IMG/VR virus record: IMGVR_UViG_2648501400_000015
Direction: 5' to 3' (one strand)
From: a virus
Lineage: Duplodnaviria; Heunggongvirae; Uroviricota; Caudoviricetes
DNA length: 6,501 nucleotides
Position numbers and translations under genes: made by a program. Position 1 is the first letter of the stretch. Each line of letters begins with the position of its first letter. Below are positions 1-5,816 of this stretch, one piece after another. Below the pieces are notes generated by a model. It was not told where the DNA came from. It searched no databases and saw only the letters and a program-made list of their open reading frames with translations.

Positions 1-4
1 AAGA

Positions 5-238
5 ATGCTGCATCTGTTCAGCGGCAAACCGATCCCCGACAACCGGGAAAACATCACTATTCGTCTGGATGATCACATTCAGTCTGTTCAGGGTAAAGAG
101 AGCTATGAAGATGAGATGTTCAGCATCAGATACTTTAAGAAGGGCTCCGCGCACATCACGTTCAGAAAACCGGAACTGGTTGATCGGCTAAATGACATCA
201 TTGCGAAGCATTATCCGGGGCAACTATCAGCCATCTGA
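5..238 (+). CDS. hypothetical protein, possibly only the C-terminal part (ORF may continue upstream of the window)
   Basis: Open frame 5..238 with stop TGA at 236-238; the ATG at 5-7 is only one codon from the window edge, so the true start is unknown. No motif recognised. A rho-independent terminator hairpin lies 60 nt downstream. Confidence 0.4.
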   Translation: MLHLFSGKPIPDNRENITIRLDDHIQSVQGKESYEDEMFSIRYFKKGSAHITFRKPELVDRLNDIIAKHYPGQLSAI

Positions 239-247
239 GTCAGATGG
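231..247. repeat. 17-bp palindrome CCATCTGA-g-TCAGATGG overlapping the stop codon of the 5..238 ORF
   Basis: Read directly from the sequence (8-bp arms, 1-bp centre). Function unknown; could be a protein-binding site or a small hairpin. Confidence 0.5.
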
Positions 248-256
248 AGAAAAAGC

Positions 257-280
257 TTACCTGACCCATTACCTGACCCA
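257..280. repeat. perfect tandem direct repeat, 2 x 12 bp (TTACCTGACCCA)
   Basis: TTACCTGACCCA at 257-268 and again at 269-280, read directly. Lies between the left ORF and the terminator downstream of the tRNA. Function unknown. Confidence 0.6.
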
Positions 281-297
281 ATTCAAAGGCAAAAGAA

Positions 298-329
298 AAA
301 GGGTTAGCTGGTTTATTAGCTAACCCTTT
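298..329. terminator. bidirectional rho-independent terminator
   Basis: Stem AAAGGGTTAGCT (298-309), loop GGTTTATT, stem AGCTAACCCTTT (318-329). T-rich tract follows on the plus strand (TTGTTGT) and on the minus strand (TTTTTCTTTTG). It sits just 3' of the minus-strand tRNA and 3' of the plus-strand ORF 5..238. Confidence 0.6.
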
Positions 330-337
330 GTTGTATA

Positions 338-413
338 TGGTGGCCCCTGCTGGACTTGAACCAGCGACCAAGCGATTATGAGTCGCTCGCTCTCACCACT
401 GAGCTAAAGGGCC
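338..413 (-). tRNA. tRNA-Ile (anticodon CAU, lysidine type, AUA decoder); nearly identical to E. coli ileX/ileY as I recall them, positioned like phage-borne ileZ
   Basis: Minus-strand sequence GGCCCTTTAGCTCAGTGGTGAGAGCGAGCGACTCATAATCGCTTGGTCGCTGGTTCAAGTCCAGCAGGGGCCACCA folds as a cloverleaf: 7-bp acceptor stem, D-arm, anticodon loop CUCAUAA (anticodon CAU), T-arm GGTTCAAGTCC, encoded CCA. A tRNA-Met identity cannot be excluded from the anticodon alone. Confidence 0.85.
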
Positions 414-518
414 GGGCGCAGGATAATAACGTTACGAAATCAATGTTGCAAGCATACAAAAATCACCCTTATCTCCTCCACCAGCGCATTCACCATGTCT
501 ATCCGAGATAAGTGGCAC

Positions 519-550
519 AAAAAAACCCGCTTGTGGGCGGGTTTTGTTTG
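519..550. terminator. rho-independent terminator (strongest on the minus strand); candidate tR'-like terminator of the short late transcript
   Basis: Stem AACCCGC (524-530), loop TTGTGG, stem GCGGGTT (537-543). On the minus strand the hairpin is followed by seven T; on the plus strand by TTTTGTTTGCTTTTG. Lies about 45-70 nt downstream of the predicted PR'-like start. Confidence 0.55.
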
Positions 551-576
551 CTTTTGCCATCACGTACAAAATCGGC

Positions 577-626
577 AAAATATCAGATTTGCATGAAATA
601 TATGCCTTTCAATCTACTTTTGCAAC
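577..626 (-). promoter_or_regulatory. PR'-like late promoter with promoter-proximal pause-like element (candidate qut region)
   Basis: Minus strand: -35 TTGCAA (625..620), 17-bp spacer, -10 TATATT (602..597), immediately after the Q-like stop codon (609-611). The initial transcribed region contains an extended -10-like TGaTATTTT (586..577), the kind of element that causes the sigma-dependent pause used for Q loading in lambdoid phages. Motif reading only. Confidence 0.4.
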
Positions 627-1298
627 ACTTTGCTTTGAAAATGCCGCCTTTTGTTTTGAACGTGTTCTCATTACAAATAATAAAGCCTCACTATCCAGTC
701 GGTGAAAAATGTGTTTCATTGCAACCCAGTGACGAGTAAATGTTTTGGACCAGTTTTTAGTTGTCACTCCCGCCAGTAATGCCAGCTCCTGATATTCATA
801 ACCTTCCCCACCAAAAAGTTCTGCTTTTACTGCCTGCGCCGCCAGCCAGATTAATTTTTTCAGGCGTTCCTGCGTTTTCCCAGCAATTTTTCTGGTACCG
901 GATTGAGTATTAAATTCATTCCACGCCCACTGTGTTATCGCGATCTGATATTCCCAACAAATACTCCCGCTGTAACACCACAACAACCAGGCTTTATGAT
1001 GTTCTTCAAGAGACAGAACAGCCCGCCGCCACGATGATGTCAAAAACTCAACCGGACTGACGAGAGGAATTGACGCCCCCTTCGCCAGCGATTGCTTTCC
1101 CGGGATTGGTGGATTATCCCGCGTTATCATTTTTCCAGTCACTTCATCGCGGTACCGGATTTTTTTACGCCTGTAACGCCCTGTATCAAACATGGCATTC
1201 TCCTGCCAGGCCTCAAGCTGCCCTTTTGTTGATCCACTCAAATCGGCGGTGGCAATCATGAGTTGCTCACGAACAAACTGTAAATACTGGTTATTCAT
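609..1298 (-). CDS. late-gene antitermination protein Q-like (229 aa)
   Basis: Complete ORF whose ATG overlaps the rusA stop (ATGA). Assignment rests on context: directly downstream of rusA, followed by a promoter overlapping its 3' end, a short-transcript terminator and a tRNA, as in lambdoid Q-PR'-tR'-tRNA modules. Not confirmed by alignment. Confidence 0.6.
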   Translation of the reverse strand: MNNQYLQFVREQLMIATADLSGSTKGQLEAWQENAMFDTGRYRRKKIRYRDEVTGKMITRDNPPIPGKQSLAKGASIPLVSPVEFLTSSWRRAVLSLEEHHKAWLLWCYSGSICWEYQIAITQWAWNEFNTQSGTRKIAGKTQERLKKLIWLAAQAVKAELFGGEGYEYQELALLAGVTTKNWSKTFTRHWVAMKHIFHRLDSEALLFVMRTRSKQKAAFSKQSVAKVD

Positions 1299-1654
1299 GC
1301 ATACTCCAGTTCTGTGATTTTTATCCCCAACCGCCCACCAGGAACAAGCTGACCGCGCACAATATTAATTTCATCAAACTGCTCGTCGTCTATGAGCAGC
1401 CCCGCATGCGTCAGTACATCCAGTGGTGCCTTCAGGATATTGTCCAGGTCACGACGGCGCTTATCCGGTGGCTCTGCAATAATTTCTATTGCCGGCCTTC
1501 CGGACAGGTTTAATTTCAGTTGCTGCTGGCGAACAATAAGCGCCACATCACGGCGATAACGCTCACCGACTTTTGATACAAAATATGTGCTGCCACGGCG
1601 TCGCCAGTAAGTGTTCACCGTCGGCGGGTAAGGTAAAACCAAATCTATGAGCAT
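1295..1654 (-). CDS. rusA: RusA-family Holliday junction resolvase (119 aa)
   Basis: Protein contains PDKRRRDLDNILKAPLDVLTHAGLLIDDEQ, matching the RusA acidic catalytic signature (RRRDLDN ... DD) and length of about 120 aa. SD AGAGGTGA lies 5 nt upstream of the ATG; stop overlaps the Q start. Confidence 0.85.
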   Translation of the reverse strand: MLIDLVLPYPPTVNTYWRRRGSTYFVSKVGERYRRDVALIVRQQQLKLNLSGRPAIEIIAEPPDKRRRDLDNILKAPLDVLTHAGLLIDDEQFDEINIVRGQLVPGGRLGIKITELEYA

Positions 1655-1666
1655 CAGTCACCTCTT

Positions 1667-2716
1667 TTACCCAAGCACGCCAGTTGCAAAGGCGTGATCA
1701 AGAAAACGAAAAATTAAATCAACCTGAGAACCATGCTTTTCTTCGAACGCCAGCGGATCCGCATGAAGCTCGTTGTGATGCTCCCGACACAGCGGTAGCG
1801 TGAAAATATCGTGAGATTTTGTCCCCATTCCGCCCTGACCATGACCAATCAGGTGATGGGGATCGTCGGCTGGCTTACCACAACACGCACACGGCTGTGT
1901 CTTCACCCAGCGTGTGTATTTCTCGTTAACCCAGCGGCGACGTTTAGGTCGTTTCATGAAAGATTCCGGAGACTCAGGATCAACGGCAATGCTGACCACC
2001 GTCTTTTCCTGTGGTGGGTTCTGTTGCTGGTGGGCGTGAGGCAGCGGCGCAAGATTTTTTGTGCGCTGTTTCAGTATGCTGGTGGCGGTCTGCTCTCCCG
2101 GTACGATGTCGCTTTCACGGTACATTGAGCGAATTTTTTCCGCACGCAACCCCAGCGAACGACGTAATACCGCTTCCGGTAGCGCGTCCGCCACCTGATT
2201 GCGGACCGCCCACCAGGATAATTCAGCCAGCGATAATTCCCGTTCCTGCGAGCCATTCATTGCATGGCGTATGACGTCAATCATCCATGCAGACAGGTTT
2301 TGGTGAGCAAGTTGCCCGAGTGATTCGGAGGTCTGGTCGCGCAGCTGGTTGTCGCAGTGCCAGCACAACACCATTGCGCCGGTACCATAACGGTGAATGA
2401 CGGTTTCACTGTGGTGATAATCACCGTGTGGCCACTGGCAGGATTTAACATGGCGCAGTAACCAGTCAGACAATGCGCCAGCGCCACCAGCAGCACGAAT
2501 CACTCGTTCGTCGCTGAAAAATGGCAGTAATGATTTATCCTCCGCCAGCGGCTGGCGAACGGCAGGAACGACCCCGGACGGCAGATTACGCATGCTTTTC
2601 GGTTCCGGCTCCACCAGTACCCGGGTATTGTGGAATACCGGCATGGATTCACGGCCCGGCTTAACGATCACCAGCCCGAGTTCCGGTACCAGAACAGGTC
2701 GAAGTAATACCCGCAC
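1667..2716 (-). CDS. DUF968/YdfU-like prophage protein with C-terminal HNH-type Cys/His motif (349 aa)
   Basis: Long ORF starting at GTG 2716, preceded by strong SD GGAGG with 4-nt spacing. C-terminal region PCACCGKPADDPHHLIGHG...LPLCREHHNELH has HNH/zinc-finger-like spacing of Cys and His. Position between the small protein and rusA matches ydfU in Qin-type prophages as I recall them. Confidence 0.6.
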   Translation of the reverse strand: MRVLLRPVLVPELGLVIVKPGRESMPVFHNTRVLVEPEPKSMRNLPSGVVPAVRQPLAEDKSLLPFFSDERVIRAAGGAGALSDWLLRHVKSCQWPHGDYHHSETVIHRYGTGAMVLCWHCDNQLRDQTSESLGQLAHQNLSAWMIDVIRHAMNGSQERELSLAELSWWAVRNQVADALPEAVLRRSLGLRAEKIRSMYRESDIVPGEQTATSILKQRTKNLAPLPHAHQQQNPPQEKTVVSIAVDPESPESFMKRPKRRRWVNEKYTRWVKTQPCACCGKPADDPHHLIGHGQGGMGTKSHDIFTLPLCREHHNELHADPLAFEEKHGSQVDLIFRFLDHAFATGVLG

Positions 2717-2717
2717 G

Positions 2718-2996
2718 TTACCTCCAGATGCGTTGCTGGAATGTGCGGGACGGACGCGGTGGTCGTTCGGAGTAAGGAAGCCTGACGGAGATTATCCAGT
2801 GACGATAATCGAGGCTGAGGGCTTTCTTAATCTCGTATCCGTGTCTGCGGTAGCACTGAATTAGCCACTCGGCCTGTTCTTCAGTGCATGGGGGATGCTG
2901 GAACCAGTCAGATTTGAAAGTGCGGGAACGCCGCCCGTGCCTGCTGGCAAAGACGGCAGAATCATCAGAATTGTGTAATTTGGTATCGTGCGCCAT
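2718..2996 (-). CDS. small prophage protein of unknown function (92 aa; positional equivalent of rem in Qin-like prophages)
   Basis: ORF ending 1 nt before the DUF968 GTG start; its stop TAA lies between the SD and start of the downstream gene. Start set at the first ATG (2996) downstream of the hok terminator; the RBS is weak, so the start is uncertain. Confidence 0.45.
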   Translation of the reverse strand: MAHDTKLHNSDDSAVFASRHGRRSRTFKSDWFQHPPCTEEQAEWLIQCYRRHGYEIKKALSLDYRHWIISVRLPYSERPPRPSRTFQQRIWR

Positions 2997-3065
2997 CGGT
3001 TGTCTCTGCTGGCGCAGCAGGTGCCAGTTGTTCAGGCTGGCGTGCGAATTGTAAACCAGAATGCC

Positions 3066-3095
3066 AGGAAAAAACAAAACCCGCCGAAGCGGGTT
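3066..3095 (-). terminator. rho-independent terminator at the 3' end of the hok mRNA
   Basis: Minus-strand stem AACCCGC, loop TTCG, stem GCGGGTT (3095..3078), followed by TTTGTTTTTTCC. Lies about 70 nt downstream of the hok stop. Confidence 0.6.
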
Positions 3096-3163
3096 AAGTG
3101 CGGGTGCGTTGAGGATGCCTGACACATCAGAGGTGGCGAGGGATTTCTCCCCCGCCTGGTCTC

Positions 3164-3319
3164 TTACTCCTCAGGTTCGTAAGCTGTGAAGACAGCGACC
3201 TCCGTCTGGCCGGTTCGGATTCGTACCTCGCAGAGGTCTTTCCTCGTTACCAGTGCCGTCACTATGACGGTTAAACAGATGACGATCAGGGCGATTAACA
3301 TCGCCTTTTGCTGCTTCAT
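3164..3319 (-). CDS. hokD: Hok/Gef-family type I toxin (51 aa), sequence as I recall HokD/RelF
   Basis: Translation MKQQKAMLIALIVICLTVIVTALVTRKDLCEVRIRTGQTEVAVFTAYEPEE: single transmembrane helix plus conserved RKDLCEV motif typical of Hok/Gef. SD AAGGAGAAG precedes the ATG at 3319. An in-frame upstream ATG at 3376 would give a 70-codon ORF. Confidence 0.9.
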   Translation of the reverse strand: MKQQKAMLIALIVICLTVIVTALVTRKDLCEVRIRTGQTEVAVFTAYEPEE

Positions 3320-3367
3320 AGCCTGCTTCTCCTTGCCTTTCGGCACGTAAGAGGCTAACCTACGTGT

Positions 3368-3440
3368 GTAGAGCATAGATATGGCCTCAGATTAATGTTA
3401 AGCGTCTTGCCGGACGCGTAATGTTAACTGGGGCTTTTCT
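3368..3440 (+). ncRNA. candidate Sok-like antisense RNA (approximate coordinates)
   Basis: Plus-strand promoter-like element inside the hok leader: TTGCCT (3333-3338), 17-bp spacer, TAACCT (3356-3361). A transcript from about 3368 would be antisense to the upstream ATG/SD region of the hok leader, as Sok is in plasmid R1 hok/sok. The 3' end is not defined. Confidence 0.3.
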
Positions 3441-3495
3441 CTATCTGCCTTTTGGTGTTCATGCCTGAGACAGATAGCCTCAAGCACCCGCAGTC

Positions 3496-3524
3496 ATTCT
3501 ACCCGTTTTAGATTTCTCAGCCAA
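3496..3524 (-). promoter_or_regulatory. predicted hok mRNA promoter
   Basis: Minus strand: -35 TTGGCT (3524..3519), 17-bp spacer, -10 TAGAAT (3501..3496). Predicted start near 3489 gives a 5' end GGGTGCTTGAGGCT..., resembling the hok mRNA 5' end of plasmid R1 as I recall it. Confidence 0.45.
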
Positions 3525-3665
3525 CTTTATGCTCACAACATATACAAATTTCCCGGTTAAAGCTCATCATGTTAGATAGTTTTTGCGTACGCACTATTTT
3601 TTTATGTAAACTGCGCAAAAAAGTTTAGCACCCTAAATTGTTAAGGGAAAATTAAGGAAGTGTTA

Positions 3666-4757
3666 ATGCTTGAGCAAACAGTAAAAAACATCAATTCACG
3701 CTTTGGCTGGCGCAACACCCGTAAGCTTCTTGGTTCATCACTGGGTGTAACGGCCCAAGGATTACCCCTTTTTATTGAACGTGTAAATAGTGTAGTTCAG
3801 CATAATCCCGACCTAAAAGACAGAATCGACGATTTCTGGAAAGGTTTAATTTTTAGCGGGAATCGATTACTTTCTATTTATAGAATCACCGATGAAGACG
3901 TAGCAAAATTACAAACAATTTTCACAAATCAGAAAAAGGACAATAGCCCCTTCTCAGAAAAATACCCAACTCCTTTATCCAGAGAGGAGCTGTTAGTTGC
4001 TGATACTGAGCTGCATTTTGCTGAACTACGTCAAGATATCATTCGTGATAAACAAATTGACACTGCTGTTTTTTTATCCAAAGCGTATTACACTGAAGTG
4101 ATAGAGCTTGACCCAACACATCTTAGCGATGCGGGTATGGAATTACGTGCTAATGGTGGAGAAATAAAATGCAAAACACGCCAAGTCACGCAATGCTTTA
4201 ATACCATCATGCTAATGCCTGCAGAAAAAATATTAATTCTTACGATTGATTTATCTATCCTTCCAAGAAGTGAATCACAGCCTCAACAATACCTTGTGGC
4301 TAAATTTATAAAAAAAGAAGCTGGCGTTATTTTAAACAATCCTCTTGAATTATTTGGTTCAATACAAGATCTTTACGAAAAAGTAGATGGCAGAATTTCT
4401 CATGTATCTTTTATCACCTCAGATGGCAATACAAGTTCTTTAAAACTCAAACCAAGTCAAAAGTGTTTGCGTCAAGATGTTTACCATCATAGTGGAGAGT
4501 CCGCAAGCCCAATATTGACAAAGTTTAAGTTGGGAAAAATTTGGGATTTACCACAAAGTTCTTCACATATTTTATCAGTAGAGTTAATATTACCAGGAAA
4601 AAGGACAATGCTTGATAATCCTAGAATTAGGTTGCATGAAGCAATTGCGAAGAACTGTAACAACATTGATTCGATTATATTTATTGTTGAAAAAATATTG
4701 GATTCTGTTAAGTCCTGTGAAGAGAAAAGAAGAGCGAGATCATCAGGCCATAAATGA
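3666..4757 (+). CDS. hypothetical protein, gene 1 of AT-rich three-gene operon (363 aa)
   Basis: ATG at 3666 preceded by SD AAGGAAG (3654-3660); the ORF track start at 3660 is a GTG placed too close to the SD. No Walker or other motif recognised. Stop TGA overlaps the next start (ATGA). Confidence 0.75.
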   Translation: MLEQTVKNINSRFGWRNTRKLLGSSLGVTAQGLPLFIERVNSVVQHNPDLKDRIDDFWKGLIFSGNRLLSIYRITDEDVAKLQTIFTNQKKDNSPFSEKYPTPLSREELLVADTELHFAELRQDIIRDKQIDTAVFLSKAYYTEVIELDPTHLSDAGMELRANGGEIKCKTRQVTQCFNTIMLMPAEKILILTIDLSILPRSESQPQQYLVAKFIKKEAGVILNNPLELFGSIQDLYEKVDGRISHVSFITSDGNTSSLKLKPSQKCLRQDVYHHSGESASPILTKFKLGKIWDLPQSSSHILSVELILPGKRTMLDNPRIRLHEAIAKNCNNIDSIIFIVEKILDSVKSCEEKRRARSSGHK

Positions 4758-5182
4758 AAAAGAGTATATATCACGACATTATCACGCAAATAGAGCAGGA
4801 TTTTAATGATCCTGTTCGCAGTGTGTGTCGTGATCTTTTTCTTTTTCTGGTTAGTAAAGATGCTAAAAATATCAATCACTTTACATACAAAACCCTTATC
4901 AATGGTTTAACCTATCTAACTGATACGAAAGATGACTATATCCTGCTAATAAAAGCAACTGATTATTTATCTAGCTATAAAGCACATCTATTGGATATGC
5001 ATTTTCAATACATTGATAATTTAACGGAAGAACCAATACCAGTTGAAGATGATCTTATTTCCTATGCTTTAGACACAGGAAGTTTTTACCATCCAGAAAC
5101 TGGCGAATTGGTTGATAATTTTAGCCAGTATCTTTATCCATACTTTACTCCTTCGAGTCTTTTGGAGAGTCTGCATGAGTGA
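4754..5182 (+). CDS. hypothetical protein, gene 2 of operon (142 aa, acidic C-terminal half)
   Basis: ATG 4754-4756 overlaps the gene 1 stop (4755-4757) with no independent strong SD, suggesting translational coupling. No motif recognised. Confidence 0.7.
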   Translation: MKKSIYHDIITQIEQDFNDPVRSVCRDLFLFLVSKDAKNINHFTYKTLINGLTYLTDTKDDYILLIKATDYLSSYKAHLLDMHFQYIDNLTEEPIPVEDDLISYALDTGSFYHPETGELVDNFSQYLYPYFTPSSLLESLHE

Positions 5183-5816
5183 TGTAAACATCTGTACTGC
5201 AGACCTTCAATCATTAATTAGAATGGATCCTGAATTTAGGGGAATGGTTCAAAGAAAATTAGCTGCAGACAAAAATATTTTTGTAAAGCAACTCTATGAA
5301 GATTTAGACGACGCTATTCAGAATTTAGAAAATGACAAACACTTCTATCAAGATGCTAAGTGGGGAGAGGACGAGCTAACAGCGTCGATCAAAAATTTCC
5401 TGAAAGGTAGGTTTTATGATGTTGAACATGATACTCAACATGGCGGTCACGTTGATTTATTAGTTAAACATCAATTCGGAAAATTCGAATGGATCGGTGA
5501 AGCAAAATTATGGAGAGGCCCCAAATCTATTCATAATGGCTGGATTCAGCTAACCGAACGTTACGGCACGGGTACGTCACGTGACGATCATGGAGGAATT
5601 CTAATTTATATAAAGTCTGACAAATCAGCAGTAAAATTCAATGAATGGAAAGAATTTTTCTCTACGACCGTTTCGGACGCAGAAATTGAAGCGGAAGGCT
5701 CTCCCCTCCGCTTTAAGAGTATCACAAAGCATCCAGCAACAGCGCTTCCATATCATGTAAGACACATGGGAGTATCCTTATACCATTACACTGGTAAAAA
5801 AACCGCTGACTCTTAA
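5175..5816 (+). CDS. hypothetical protein with PD-(D/E)xK-like motif, putative nuclease; gene 3 of operon (213 aa)
   Basis: Start chosen at ATG 5175 (MSDVNICTADL...), preceded by SD GGAGAG 5 nt upstream and overlapping the gene 2 stop by 8 nt. Motif GHVDLLV-x14-EWIGEAK (D94 ... E109-A-K111) fits the restriction-endonuclease-like core D...(D/E)xK after hydrophobic strands. Confidence 0.7.
   Translation: MSDVNICTADLQSLIRMDPEFRGMVQRKLAADKNIFVKQLYEDLDDAIQNLENDKHFYQDAKWGEDELTASIKNFLKGRFYDVEHDTQHGGHVDLLVKHQFGKFEWIGEAKLWRGPKSIHNGWIQLTERYGTGTSRDDHGGILIYIKSDKSAVKFNEWKEFFSTTVSDAEIEAEGSPLRFKSITKHPATALPYHVRHMGVSLYHYTGKKTADS

Noticed and set aside
338-413. tRNA as the chromosomal integration site (attB/attL) of the prophage
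   Set aside because: Phage genes lie upstream of the tRNA 5' end, on the same strand and in a Q-PR'-terminator-tRNA arrangement, whereas tRNA-targeting integrases insert at the 3' end. No integrase or att-like duplication of the tRNA 3' end is seen in the window.
512-739. 75-aa plus-strand ORF
   Set aside because: Overlaps the 3' end of the Q-like gene on the opposite strand and spans the promoter/terminator region; no RBS; likely spurious.
1070-2864. Plus- and minus-strand ORFs 1070..1261, 1811..2128, 2011..2274, 2071..2256, 2281..2496, 2592..2864
   Set aside because: All are embedded within or antisense to the longer Q-like and DUF968-like genes, with no independent translation signals; typical shadow ORFs of GC-rich coding sequence.
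2718-3125. Long form (135 aa, GTG start at 3125) of the small minus-strand ORF
   Set aside because: The N-terminal extension would run through the hok terminator hairpin (3066-3095) and the hok 3' complementary element, so I started the CDS at the first ATG downstream (2996). The start remains uncertain.
3164-3376. 70-codon in-frame extension of hok as the toxin CDS
   Set aside because: The conserved Hok protein begins at MKQQK (ATG 3319) with its own SD; the upstream ATG more likely belongs to the leader or a mok-like element. Noted, not called as a separate CDS.
3666-4757. NTPase (Walker A/B) motif in gene 1
   Set aside because: I looked for GxxxxGK[ST] and found none, so no ATPase call is made.
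4487-4879. Antisense 130-aa ORF (4487..4879, minus) and 64-aa ORF (4612..4806, plus) inside the operon
   Set aside because: They overlap genes 1 and 2, which have consistent RBS and coupling signals; no start-site support.
5112-5816. Long form (234 aa) of gene 3 starting at ATG 5112
   Set aside because: The ATG at 5175 has a good SD (GGAGAG) and overlaps the gene 2 stop in a coupling arrangement; the extension lies entirely inside gene 2 and codes a hydrophobic low-complexity stretch.
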